64,000 nt of DNA from Thermoanaerobaculaceae bacterium (GTDB taxonomy: Bacteria > Acidobacteriota > Thermoanaerobaculia > Multivoradales > UBA5704). Under the pieces are notes generated by a model, which did no database searches, was not told where the DNA came from, and saw only the letters and a list, made by a program, of their open reading frames with translations. How positions within the stretch are numbered: the stretch's first letter is position 1; each line of letters begins with the position of its first letter. Made by a program: the position numbers and the translations under genes. The DNA lies in NCBI GenBank assembly GCA_963785165.1, contig CAWAUI010000004.1, positions 192,074 to 256,073 on the forward strand, read 5' to 3'. Positions 47,719 through 57,625 of the stretch are shown here, piece by piece.

Positions 47719-49651
47719 TTGAACGACCGTCCCGATCCCGACGCCCTGCTCGCCCTCGCCAACGCCGAGGAGGAGGCGGCGCGGCGCGGCAAGCTCAAGG
47801 TCTTCCTCGGCGCCACGGCCGGGGTGGGGAAGACCTTCGCCATGCTGGAGGCCGCCCGGGAGCTGAAGCGCCGGGGGACCGACGTGCTCGTGGGGGTCGT
47901 GGAAACCCACGGGCGCAAGGAGACCGAAGCCCTGCTCGAGGGTCTCCAGGTGCTGCCGCCCCAGGTGATCGAGCACAAGGGGATCCGCCTCCGGGAATTC
48001 GACCTCGACGCCGCCAAGGAACGCCGGCCGGCGGTGATCCTGGTCGACGAGCTGGCCCACACCAACGCCCCGGGCGTTCGTCATGCCAAGCGCTGGCAGG
48101 ACGTGGAGGAGCTGCTCGCGGCGGGGATCGACGTCTTCACGGCGGTCAACGTCCAGCACCTGGAGAGCCTGAACGACCTGGTGGGAAAGATCACGGGCGT
48201 GGCCGTCCGCGAGACCGTGCCCGACTCGATCCTGGAGCGGGCCGACCAGGTGGAGCTGGTGGACCTCCCGCCCGAGGAGCTGCTCAAGCGCCTCCAGGAG
48301 GGGAAGGTCTACGTGCCCGACCAGGCGGCGCGGGCGGTGGAGAGCTTCTTCCGCCCGGGCAATCTGATCGCCCTGCGCGAGCTCGCCCTGCGCAAGACCG
48401 CCGAGCGGGTGGAGGCCCAGATGCAGCGCTACCGCGAGCTGCACGGCGTGGCCGAGACCTGGCCGGTGGCCGAGCGCCTGCTGGTCGCCGTCAGCTCCGG
48501 CCCCACGGCGGCCAAGCTGGTGCGCGCCGCCCGGCGTTTGGCGGAGCGGCTGCGGGCCGAGTGGGTGGTCGTCTACGTGGAGACCCCCGCCGAGGTGCGC
48601 CTGCCGGAGAAGGAGAAGGACCGCGTCTGGCAGACCTTGCGGCTCGCCGAGAAGCTGGGCGCGCAGACGGCCACCCTCTCCGGCGAGCGGCCGGCCGAGG
48701 AGATCCTGCGCTATGCCCAGCGGCGCAACGTCTCGAAGATCGTGGTGGGCAAGCCCCTCCACTCCGCGCTGGAAGGACCTCCTCTTCGGCTCCGTGCGCG
48801 ACGAGCTGGTGCGGGGAAGCGCGGGGATCGACGTCTACGTCATCTCGGGCGACGCGGAAGGGGGGTGGGCCGTGCCGGAGCGGCGTGTGCCCAAGGGGAT
48901 CGACCGCCAAGGGTATGCCGTCGCCTTGGGGGTGACGGCCGCCGCGACCGGAATCTCGGCCCTGATCCACCCCCGGTTCGAAGAGGCCAACCTGGTCATG
49001 CTCTTCCTCCTCGGGGTGGTCGGGGTGGCCTCGCGCTACGGCCGGGGGCCGGCCATCCTCGCCTCCGTGCTCTCCGTGGCCGCCTTCGACTTCTTCTTCG
49101 TCAATCCGTACCTGACCTTCGCGGTTTCCGACACCGAGTACCTGGTGACCTTCCTGGTCATGCTCATCACGGCGCTCGTGATCTCCACCCTCACCGTGCG
49201 CCTGCGCCAGCAGGCCGAGGCCGCCCGGGTGCGGGAGGAGCGCACGGCGGCCCTCTACGCCATGAGCCGCGACCTGGCGGCGGCCAAGGACGACGAGGCG
49301 ATTCTCCACGCCGCGGCCCGGCACATCCAGTCCGTCTTCCTCTCCCAGGTGCTCCTCCTGCTGCCCGACGAGACCGGGCGCCTGGCCGAGCGGGCAGCCG
49401 AGACCGTCACCTTCCTCTTCGACACCCGCGAGCAGGCCGTGGCCCAGTGGGTCTTCGACCACGGGCAGATGGCCGGCAAGACCACGGACACCCTGCCGGC
49501 GGCCAAGGGGCTCTACCTGCCTCTGCGCACCTCGAGGGGGATCATGGGCGTCCTCGGCGTGCACCCGGCGGACCCGGGGCGGCTGGTGGTGCCGGAGCAG
49601 CTCCACCTGCTGGAGGTCTTCGCCAATCAGATCGCGTTGGCGGTGGAGTAG
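47719..49651 (+). CDS. kdpD: KdpD sensor lacking the histidine-kinase core (KdpD-N + Usp + membrane + GAF only), apparent frameshift near 48765
   Basis: KLKVFLGATAGVGKTFAML (KdpD N-terminal P-loop). Usp-like and 4-TM regions, then a GAF-like region ending ...LLEVFANQIALAVE*. The stop lies 21 nt before the convergent CoA-transferase gene, so there is no room for DHp/HATPase domains. Confidence 0.85.
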
Positions 49652-49672
49652 ACCTCGTGTTTCTCCGTCTCC

Positions 49673-50875
49673 CTAGCGCAGCAACGCCCGGATCTCCGAC
49701 CGGCTGAGCCCCGCCTCGCGGAGGACCGCCTCCGTGTGCTCGCCCAGGGCGGGGGCCGAGGAGGACGGGACGGCGCGCCGTCCGCCGAAGAGGAACGGCG
49801 CGGCGACGGTGGGGAGGACGCCGTAGGCGCCGGCGGGGAGGTCCATCACCTGCCCGCGCTCCCGGGCCTTGCCCAGGGCCTCGCCCACGGTGGCGGGCGG
49901 TCCCCCGGGCACGCGGTGGGCGCGGAGAGCCGCATCCCAGTGGGCCACGGGACGGGTGGCGAAGATTCCGCCGAGGAGGGCGTCGAGATCCTCCCGGTGG
50001 CGCACCCGGTCCGCGCTGGTGCGGAAACGGGGATCGTCCGCCAGCTCCGGCCGTTCGAGGGCCGCGCAAAAGCGGCGCCAGAGGTCCTGGCTTCCCACCC
50101 CCACCACGAACCAGCCGTCCGCGGCGAGGTAGGCCCCATAGGGAGAGAGATTGGGATGGGCGGAGCCCAGGCGCGCCGGCTGCCGACCGTCGGCGAACCA
50201 GGACTGGGCGGCGTAGGAGAGGAAGGACGTGCCCGCGTCGGCCATGGAGACCTCGACGCGGCTCCCCTTTCCCCTCGCGTCGCGCCGGCGCAGTGCGGCC
50301 AGCACGGCGGCGAGGCCGTAGAGGGCGGAGAGGACGTCCACGATGGCGACGCCCACCCGCACGGGTTCGCCCTCCTCGAAGCCGGTGAGCGACATGAGGC
50401 CCGACTCGGCCTGGAGCACCACGTCGTAGGCCGGGCGGTCCGCCTCGGGGCCGGCGGTGCCGTAGCTGGTGACCGTGCACTGCACGAGGCGGGGGAAGAG
50501 GCGGTCGAAGCGGCTCCTGCGGAACCCCAGCTTGCGCCATTCGGAGGGGAGGAAGTTCTCCACCAGCACGTCCGCCCCCGCCACCAGGCGCTCGAAGGCC
50601 GCCCGCGCCTCGGGGCGCTTCAGGTCCAGCGCCACGGACCGCTTGTTGCGGTTGGCGGAGACGAAGTAGGCGCTGGTTCTGGCGTCACCCTCGCCCACCC
50701 AGGGCGGCCCCCAGGCCCGCGTCTGATCCCCCGCGCCCGGCCGCTCGACCTTCACCACGTCCGCCCCCAGGTCCCCCAGCAGCATGGCGAGATACGGCCC
50801 GGCGAGGACGCGCGAGGCGTCCACGACGCGGACTCCGGCGAGGGGGCCTTTGCGATGAGGCCGGCGGGAGGGCAT
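49673..50875 (-). CDS. CaiB/BaiF family (class III) CoA-transferase
   Basis: 400 aa, intact. GVRVVDASRVLAGPYLAMLLGDLGADVVKVERP is typical of the family. Confidence 0.88.
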   Translation of the reverse strand: MPSRRPHRKGPLAGVRVVDASRVLAGPYLAMLLGDLGADVVKVERPGAGDQTRAWGPPWVGEGDARTSAYFVSANRNKRSVALDLKRPEARAAFERLVAGADVLVENFLPSEWRKLGFRRSRFDRLFPRLVQCTVTSYGTAGPEADRPAYDVVLQAESGLMSLTGFEEGEPVRVGVAIVDVLSALYGLAAVLAALRRRDARGKGSRVEVSMADAGTSFLSYAAQSWFADGRQPARLGSAHPNLSPYGAYLAADGWFVVGVGSQDLWRRFCAALERPELADDPRFRTSADRVRHREDLDALLGGIFATRPVAHWDAALRAHRVPGGPPATVGEALGKARERGQVMDLPAGAYGVLPTVAAPFLFGGRRAVPSSSAPALGEHTEAVLREAGLSRSEIRALLR

Positions 50876-51069
50876 GGCGGCGGGATGCTACCACTGCGGT
50901 TTCGCCCGATCTGCTCCCCGGCCGGGTGGCCCTCCGGCCTGCCCGGCCGTGTGAACCGGGGCCACCTGCGCAGGTGTGGAGAGGTTGGAGCCCCGGGGCT
51001 AGTCTCAATCCGGAGCCCGGAGACGGGTGGGGAGATTGGCAGAGGATTCCGGGCTCCAGGGAGGACACC

Positions 51070-51525
51070 ATGTTGGAGAAGATGAAGAAGGATCCGATGA
51101 TGTTGTTCGACGACCTGCGGGCCGATTTCGAGCAGCTCTGGGACAAGCCGTGGATGCCGCTCAGCTTCCGGCGCTTCCGGATGGACAAGAACACGCCCTG
51201 GATGCCCAAGATCGACATGTTCAAGAAGGACGGCGAGCTCGTCCTCAAGGCCGATCTGCCGGGCATGAAGAAGGAGGACGTCCAGGTGCTCTTCGAGGAC
51301 GGGAACCTGGTCCTCAAGGGTGAGCGCAAGGAGGAGATGGAGGTCAAGGAGAACGACTTCTATCGGGCCGAGTGCAGCTACGGCTCGTTCTACCGCACCC
51401 TGCCCCTCGCCTTCACGGTGGACCCGGCGAAGATCGTCGCCAGGTTCCTGGACGGTGTTCTCGAGGTCCGGGTGCCGATGCCGGTGGTGGAGGAGCCCAA
51501 GCCCACCCCGATCGCCATCAACTGA
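51070..51525 (+). CDS. Hsp20/alpha-crystallin family small heat-shock protein
   Basis: Start MLEKMKKD at 51070. Alpha-crystallin core PKIDMFKKDGELVLKADLPGMKKEDVQVLFEDGNLVLKGER...DGVLEVRVP. Confidence 0.88.
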   Translation: MLEKMKKDPMMLFDDLRADFEQLWDKPWMPLSFRRFRMDKNTPWMPKIDMFKKDGELVLKADLPGMKKEDVQVLFEDGNLVLKGERKEEMEVKENDFYRAECSYGSFYRTLPLAFTVDPAKIVARFLDGVLEVRVPMPVVEEPKPTPIAIN

Positions 51526-51587
51526 GGCCGGCCGGGGGGGCGAGCGATCGCCCCTCCGTACTCGTCTGGAGGCAAGGAGGGAGAGCC

Positions 51588-52541
51588 ATGGAAAGGAAGA
51601 TCAAGACCGTCGTCATCGGCACCTCTCTGACCGAGATGAGCGATCCGGTCGTGAGCGCCGGGCTCGCCGTGGCTCGGGCCGCGGGAGCGAAAGTCTTGCT
51701 GGTCCACGCGTTTCAGCTGCATGCCTCGATCGGCGGCGGCGCGCCCTACGTCCCGGACGTGTTCCTGGACGAGGCCGTGGCGGCGGAGCGGCATGCCATC
51801 GCGGACCGCCTGGAAGAGCAGGCGGATCGCCTGGGGATCCGGGAGGAGGAGACCGCCGGCCTGCGCATGGAGCTCGGTGCTCCCCACCGCGTCCTGGTCG
51901 AGGTGGCGGACGCGTCCAACGCGGACCTCGTGGTGGTGGGCTCGGCCGAGTCGCCCCGGCGGGCCAAGGTGTTCGGCTCCACGGCCGACCGGGTGGTGCG
52001 CAAGTCGCTGCGCCCCGTGCTGGTGGTGCGGGGGCGCTTCGAGATGCCGCCCGAGCGGGTGCTGCTGCCGGTGGACCTCTCGCCGGTCTCGGCGGAGGCC
52101 TTCCGCCGCGGCCTCGGCGTGCTCAGCCAGATCGCCCTGCCCACCCTGAGCCTGGAGGCTCTGTACGTGATTCCGGCTCTGGACCCGGGGCTGCTCGACG
52201 GCGGGCGCACCTCGGAGCAGAGCGAGGCGGCGGCGGCGCGGGAGCTCGGGCAGTTCGTGGCGCACAACACCTTCCTGAGCCCGCGCCGAGTCGAGACCCG
52301 GGTGGCCCGCGGCGAAGTGGAGGAGGTCATCCGCGAGCGGGGCGAGGAGTGGGGAGCCGATCTCATGGTGCTCGGCACGCACGGGCGCGGCGGCTTCGAG
52401 CGCTTCCTGCTCGGCAGCGTGGCCTCGGACGTGGTGCGCCGGGGCACCGTCAGCGTGCTGGTCATTCCTCCCGTGGTGCCGGCCGAGCAGGGGAAGACGG
52501 AGCGGGTCCTGGAGGCGGCCGCCGTGTTGGCGTTCGCTTGA
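51588..52541 (+). CDS. Tandem universal stress protein (UspA family)
   Basis: SD AAGGAGGGAG. Two Usp halves (…ADLVVVGS… and …GADLMVLGTHGRGGFERFLLGSVASDVVRRGTVSVLVI). Confidence 0.85.
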   Translation: MERKIKTVVIGTSLTEMSDPVVSAGLAVARAAGAKVLLVHAFQLHASIGGGAPYVPDVFLDEAVAAERHAIADRLEEQADRLGIREEETAGLRMELGAPHRVLVEVADASNADLVVVGSAESPRRAKVFGSTADRVVRKSLRPVLVVRGRFEMPPERVLLPVDLSPVSAEAFRRGLGVLSQIALPTLSLEALYVIPALDPGLLDGGRTSEQSEAAAARELGQFVAHNTFLSPRRVETRVARGEVEEVIRERGEEWGADLMVLGTHGRGGFERFLLGSVASDVVRRGTVSVLVIPPVVPAEQGKTERVLEAAAVLAFA

Positions 52542-52543
52542 CG

Positions 52544-52603
52544 CCCCTCTCTTCCCGGAAGGGTGGGTGGAGGGCCGGGAGAGAGGGGCCAGGGGAGTGA
52601 GGG
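52544..52603. repeat. REP-like hairpin element (CCCCTCTCTTCCCGG ... CCGGGAGAGAGGGG + CCAGGGGAGTGAGGG)
   Basis: Fills the convergent gap between the usp and response-regulator genes. Probably also acts as a bidirectional terminator. Confidence 0.7.
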
Positions 52604-52604
52604 C

Positions 52605-53255
52605 CTACGTCGGGGGCTCCACGAGCCGGTGCCGGATGGCGTAGCTGACCACTTGGGCCCGGTTGTGGAGGTGGAGCTTGTCGAGGATGTTCCGCACGTG
52701 GAACTTGATGGTGTTCTCGCTCACGCCGAGCTGCTTGGCGAGCTTGCGGTTGGAGGTGATGCCGTTGACCAGCAGCTCCAGAACCTCGCGCTCGCGCTCC
52801 GTCAGGGCGTCGGGGTCCTGTGGCAGGATCGGGGTCTGGGCCGGGCGGGCGAACTCCTGGAGGAGCTTGCGGGCGAGAGCCGGGGTGAGCGCCGGCTCGC
52901 CCCGGTTGACGCCGTCGAGCAGGGCGAAGAAGTCCTCGGACTCCAGGTTCTTGAGCAGGTAGCCCTGGGCGCCGGACTTGATGGCCTCGAAGAGCTTGGA
53001 GTCCTCGTCGGACGCCGTGAGCACGACGACCTTCACCTCCGGCTGGTCGGCGCTGATCAGCTTGGTGGCGGCGATGCCGTCCATTTCGGGCATGGAGAGG
53101 TCCATCAGGACGACGTCCGGCTTGAGCTTGCGCGCCAGCTCCACGGCCTCGCGCCCGTTTCTCGCCTCGCCGATCACCTCCAGGTCGTGCGCCTCCAGCA
53201 GGCTGCGGAGGCTGTCGCGGAAGAGGGCGTGGTCGTCGGCAATCAGGATCTTCAT
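52605..53255 (-). CDS. NarL/LuxR-family response regulator
   Basis: 216 aa. Receiver domain (KILIADDH...DVVLMDLSMP) and a LuxR HTH (LTEREREVLELLVNGITSNRKLAKQLGVSENTIKFHVRNIL). Confidence 0.92.
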   Translation of the reverse strand: MKILIADDHALFRDSLRSLLEAHDLEVIGEARNGREAVELARKLKPDVVLMDLSMPEMDGIAATKLISADQPEVKVVVLTASDEDSKLFEAIKSGAQGYLLKNLESEDFFALLDGVNRGEPALTPALARKLLQEFARPAQTPILPQDPDALTEREREVLELLVNGITSNRKLAKQLGVSENTIKFHVRNILDKLHLHNRAQVVSYAIRHRLVEPPT

Positions 53256-54713
53256 GGGGAGTCTCCTCGGTCCAGCTTCTCGGTCAAGGGGTTCTGCTTC
53301 GGCGTGGGGAGCTCGAAGGTGATCCGGGTGCCGGCTCCGGGGGAGGACTCCAGCACGAAGGTGCCGCCCAGGGTGCCGGCGCGTTCGCGCATGGTGGCCA
53401 GCCCGAAGCGGGGGAGCTCGGAGCGGCCGAGCTCTCCGGGGTGAAGCCGGCGCCGTCGTCCTTTACGGTCACCTGCAGCCGGTTGCCGCTCTGCTCCAAC
53501 ATCACGTCCACCCGGCGGGCGCCCGCGTGCTTGCGGATGTTGGTGAGCGACTCCTGCACGATGCGGAGCACCTGGAGCTGGCCGTTGGAGGTGAGCCGGG
53601 GCTCGCCGGTTACGACCAGGCGGCAGTCCACCCCGGTGTTGGCCTGCCAGGTGTCGACGTACTCCTGGAGCGCCTCCGCGACCGTGCACCCCGGGGCGGC
53701 GGCGCTGCGCAGGCCGATGATGGACTCGCGCACGTCGGCGTAGACCTCGCGGGCGGCGGCCGCGAGCTGGTCGAGGTGCTTCTCCGCCTCCTCGGTACGG
53801 CCGGTGTGCAGGTACTGCCGTACGGCCTGGGCCTTGGTGTTGACGTAGGCCAGCACCTGGGCGAGGCCGTCGTGCATCTCGTGGGCGATGCGCAGGCGCT
53901 CCTCGGTCACCGCCAGGCCGTTGAGGCGGACGTGGAGGTACGAATTGTCGATGGCGAGGGCGGCCTTGGTGGCGAAGCGTACCAGGCTCTCTTCATCGTC
54001 CCGGGTGAACTCGGCTCCCTCGGCCTTCTCCGTCAGGTAGAGGTTCCCCCGGAACGGGCTTTTGCACACGATGGGCACCGCCAGCAGGGTCCGCATAGGC
54101 GGGTGGTGGGCGGGAAAACCGGCCGAATGGGGGTGGCTCCGCAAATCCCCCAGGCGCAGCCGGTGCCCCGCGTTGAGCACCTCGCCGAGCACGCCGTGCC
54201 CCACGGGGGAGGACCGATGAGCGCCCGCTCCTCGTCGCTGATGCCCGACGTGATGAACGACTCGATGCGGTTCTGGTCGTTGATCACGGAGAGGGCGCCG
54301 TACTGGGCGTTGACCAGGTTGCAGGCGCGGTCCACGACCTTCTGGAGCACGGTGTCCAGGGCGAGCTCGCCGTAGATCCCCAGGGTGGCTTCATGGAGGG
54401 CGAGCAGCTCCCGGTTGCGCAGCTCCAGGCGCGCCTGCATCCGTTCCAGCACGCCGAACAGGGCGCCGAAGAAGAACAGGCAGCCGGTGAACACCGCGGC
54501 GCCCATCAGCAGCCGCCCCTCGATGGAAGGGAGATACGGGTAGAGCGCCCGCCGGACGGCTTCCAGGAGAAGGATGAAGACGAGGGCCGCGAGGACGGTG
54601 ATCCACTTCAGCCGCCGCAAGGTTATGGGGGAGGCGGGGTCTGGGGCCGGAAGCCCTGGAGGCTCGGAGATCTGGCATGTCTTCCAGAATCTTACTCTTA
54701 CTTGAGCCAACAC
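53252..54713 (-). CDS. GAF-domain sensor histidine kinase (HisKA_3/NarX type), two apparent frameshifts (near 54205 and near 53440)
   Basis: TM segments, GAF (…LVNAQYGALSVI…), H-box RIAHEMHDGLAQ, and HATPase (…ESLTNIRKHAGA… DDGAGF… GLATMRERAGTLGGTF). Its stop overlaps the response-regulator ATG (ATGA). Confidence 0.85.
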
Positions 54714-54722
54714 AGGCCCTTC

Positions 54723-54947
54723 TCAGCGTTTGTTGTTGCGCGAGGAGGGTCTGAGGGTGCTGATTCCCAGCAGGGCGTAGACCGGGCACCAGCCGAGGAG
54801 GCCCGTGGCCAGGGGGATCCACCCGAACACCTGCAAGGCGATCCGCCATACGCCGCCGGCCAGCCCGGCCCAGCCGGCGGCGAGCATCAAAATGCCGAGG
54901 AGGATTCGGAGGCAGCGGTCCAGAGAGGAGAGGTTGGCGTATTGCAT
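54723..54947 (-). CDS. DUF2892 (YgaP-like) small membrane protein
   Basis: Start MQYANLSSLDRCLRILLG at 54947. Two TM helices. The motif ...GWCPVYALLGIST is typical of DUF2892. Confidence 0.7.
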   Translation of the reverse strand: MQYANLSSLDRCLRILLGILMLAAGWAGLAGGVWRIALQVFGWIPLATGLLGWCPVYALLGISTLRPSSRNNKR

Positions 54948-55084
54948 GGCGGATCGACGAAGGATCCATGATTTCCGCGAACGGGGGTACGCCCCCAGGG
55001 GTGGCTGCAAGTCCCATCCTTTGGGATGGGGAATAGGTGCACCGCCGCCGTGGTAGACTTCCAGGCCTTCAAAGGTGACCCCGC

Positions 55085-55426
55085 ATGATCGTCGAGAAAC
55101 GCCATCTGGACGGCTTCACCCTCCTCAACGTGGAAGGGGTCATCAAGCTCGGCGAGAGCGCCCAGTTCTTCGCCCAGACCCTGGAGCGCACGCTCTCGGA
55201 CGACCGCGGCCACGTCATCGTCGACTTCTCCAAGATCAACTACATCGATTCGACCGGCATCGGCGAGCTCGTGGGCTACCTGGGCCGGTTCCGCAACTCC
55301 AAGCGCGAGCTGATCCTCGTCAACCCGTCCGAGCGCATCCGCAAGCTTTTGCAGGTCGCCCGCCTGGACGCGCTGTTTCCCACCTACGGCTCGGTGGAAG
55401 CGGCCGTGGCGGGGGAGCGCCCGTAG
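55085..55426 (+). CDS. STAS-domain anti-sigma-factor antagonist (SpoIIAA-like)
   Basis: 113 aa. VIVDFSKINYIDSTGIGELV carries the phosphorylatable Ser context DST. Confidence 0.8.
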   Translation: MIVEKRHLDGFTLLNVEGVIKLGESAQFFAQTLERTLSDDRGHVIVDFSKINYIDSTGIGELVGYLGRFRNSKRELILVNPSERIRKLLQVARLDALFPTYGSVEAAVAGERP

Positions 55427-55475
55427 CGAGGAGCGCCTCGAAGTGGACCGGGAGGAGGTAGACTAGGGTGCCACG

Positions 55476-56015
55476 ATGAAGCGATCCCTCGTCCTCCTTC
55501 TCATCCCCTTCCTGTTGGCCGGTTGCTCCCTTTTTCACCGGAAACGGGACCGCCCTCCCTACAAGAAGGTCACTCCGGCCATCGCCTACGAGATGATGCG
55601 GGACAACCCCGAGATGCTGGTCATCGACCTGCGCCCGGTGAAGGAGTACAACGGCGAGACCGGCCACGTCCGCCGGGCCGTGAGCATCCCTCTCAAGAGC
55701 CTGACCTTCAAGTTCCTCGAGCTCAAGTCCTTCCGTGAGGACACAGTCCTTGTCTATTGCCACAACGACGACTGTGGAGAAAAGGGTGTCGCGGTCCTTC
55801 TCGGCTTCGGCTTCGAGAACTTGGTCCTGATGGAGGGCGGGATCGACAAGTGGATCCGGGAGGAGTTCAAGACCGTGCTGCCCGCGGAGATCGCGGGCCG
55901 GCCGGCCTCGGCCCTGCCGGACGACGGCAAGGGGGCCATCATGCCCCTCCGCCCCGGCAAGCCTTCCAACGACATCACGGTCGAGCCGCCACCTCCCCCG
56001 CCGCTTTTGCCGTAG
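55476..56015 (+). CDS. Rhodanese-domain lipoprotein
   Basis: Lipobox LLAGC. LVIDLRPVKEYNGETGHVRRAVSIP... Active-site loop region VYCHNDDCGEKG. Confidence 0.7.
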   Translation: MKRSLVLLLIPFLLAGCSLFHRKRDRPPYKKVTPAIAYEMMRDNPEMLVIDLRPVKEYNGETGHVRRAVSIPLKSLTFKFLELKSFREDTVLVYCHNDDCGEKGVAVLLGFGFENLVLMEGGIDKWIREEFKTVLPAEIAGRPASALPDDGKGAIMPLRPGKPSNDITVEPPPPPPLLP

Positions 56016-56067
56016 AGACTGTAGATACCGAAGAACCCGAAAGATCAGGAAAGATCAGGGAGATCCC

Positions 56068-57507
56068 ATGACCGTTCATACCGAAATCTCGACCGCCGGC
56101 GCTCTGCGCGAGCTGAAGGACCTTCTGGGCGACCGCATCCTGCTGGACGGCGAGGTCCGTGCCCAATACCGCTCCGACTTCGGCCGCACCACCGACCGCC
56201 TGCCCGGCGCCGTGGCCCGCTGCGCCTCCGCCGAGGAGGTGGCCGAGGTGGTGCGCTTCTGCCGCGAGCGGAAGATCCCCTCGGCCGTCCGCGGCCAGGC
56301 CCACACCCAGAGCGGCCAGACCACCACCGAGGGCGGCCTGCTGCTCGACACCTCGGTCATGAACCAGATCTACGAGGTGAACGAGGCGGAAGAGACCGCC
56401 ACCTGCGGCGCCGGCGTCATCTGGCGCGACCTCGTCACCGCCACCCTGGAGAAGGGGATGGTCCCCCGGGTGCTCACCAACAACCTGGGCGTGCAGATCT
56501 CCGGCACCCTCTCCATGGCCGGCCTGGGGGTCGCCAGCTTCCGCTACGGCACCCAGGCGGACAACGCCGTCGAGCTCCAGGTGGTGACCGGCACGGGCGA
56601 CGTCGTGACCTGCTCGCGCGAGCAGAACCGCGACCTCTTCGACGTCGTCCGTTGCGGCCTCGGCCAGTTCGGCGTCATCACCCGCGCCAAGGTCCGGCTG
56701 CGCAAGTGCAAGAGCACCGTGCGCAAATATTACCTGGTCTACGACGACCTCGGCGCTCTCATGGAGGACGCCAGGAAGGTCATGGATCCCGGCAATCCGA
56801 CCTTCAACTCGCTGGAATCGTGGTGCACCCCCTGCCTCCAGGGGATCAAGAAGATCGGCGAGGGGATGGAGCTGGGCGAGGGGATGCAGACTTTCGCCCT
56901 CTGGCTCTACCCCTTCCACGTGACGGTCGATTTCGAGCCCGGCGAGGAGCCGGACGAGGCGGCGGTGCTCGCCGGCCTCACCCCGTACCGGCACGTCCAC
57001 ACCGAGGACTTCACCCAGTACGAGTTCGCCAACCGCATGGATCCCGTGTTCGAGCTCTGGCGGCGCAGCGGCTACTGGGACATGGCCCACCCGTGGATGG
57101 AGACGACCCTCCCTTGGGACACGGCGCGCGAGTTCATCGAGTCCGCTCTCGCCATCACCCCGCCCCAGGCCCTGGGACCGGGCGGCCACGTGCTCCTCTG
57201 GCCGGCGGCCACCCACACCTCGGACGTCCCCCTCTTCATGCACCCGGGCGGCGACTACGTCATGGGCTGGGGGATCCTGCCCGGCGTCCCCGCCCGCTTC
57301 CTGGACCGCGCGCTCGCCCAGCTCGACATGGCGAGCGAGCTGTCCATCGCCTACGGCGGCAAGCGCTATTTGTCGGGGTTCATCACCTTCGATACGGCGG
57401 AGAAGTGGGCCGCCCACTTCGGCGACCGCTGGCCCATGATCCTCGAAGCCAAGAAGAAGTTCGATCCCGACGGGATCATGGCTCCGGGGTTCATTCAGTA
57501 CGAATGA
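56068..57507 (+). CDS. FAD-binding oxidoreductase (FAD_binding_4; cytokinin-dehydrogenase-like C-terminal domain)
   Basis: 479 aa, intact. ...IPSAVRGQAHTQSGQ... and the C-terminal ...KKKFDPDGIMAPGF pattern. Confidence 0.75.
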   Translation: MTVHTEISTAGALRELKDLLGDRILLDGEVRAQYRSDFGRTTDRLPGAVARCASAEEVAEVVRFCRERKIPSAVRGQAHTQSGQTTTEGGLLLDTSVMNQIYEVNEAEETATCGAGVIWRDLVTATLEKGMVPRVLTNNLGVQISGTLSMAGLGVASFRYGTQADNAVELQVVTGTGDVVTCSREQNRDLFDVVRCGLGQFGVITRAKVRLRKCKSTVRKYYLVYDDLGALMEDARKVMDPGNPTFNSLESWCTPCLQGIKKIGEGMELGEGMQTFALWLYPFHVTVDFEPGEEPDEAAVLAGLTPYRHVHTEDFTQYEFANRMDPVFELWRRSGYWDMAHPWMETTLPWDTAREFIESALAITPPQALGPGGHVLLWPAATHTSDVPLFMHPGGDYVMGWGILPGVPARFLDRALAQLDMASELSIAYGGKRYLSGFITFDTAEKWAAHFGDRWPMILEAKKKFDPDGIMAPGFIQYE

Positions 57508-57606
57508 CGCCAAGGACAAAAAGGACGTCAAGGACGAACAAAGGACGCCGCGGAGAGGCGCGTGCCCGTCCTTGACGTCCTTGTCCGTCCTTTGTGTCTT
57601 TGGCGT
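57506..57606. terminator. Long imperfect palindrome built from AAGGACG units; probable bidirectional terminator
   Basis: Left arm ACGCCAAGGACAAAAAGGACGTCAAGGACGAACAAAGGACG and right arm CGTCCTTGACGTCCTTGTCCGTCCTTTGTGTCTTTGGCGT, between convergent genes. Confidence 0.55.
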
Positions 57607-57625
57607 TGGGCAGGGTGAGGGCCCC

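Noticed and set aside
55975-57531. 518-aa minus-strand ORF
   Set aside because: It is antisense to the FAD-binding oxidoreductase and has shadow-ORF composition.
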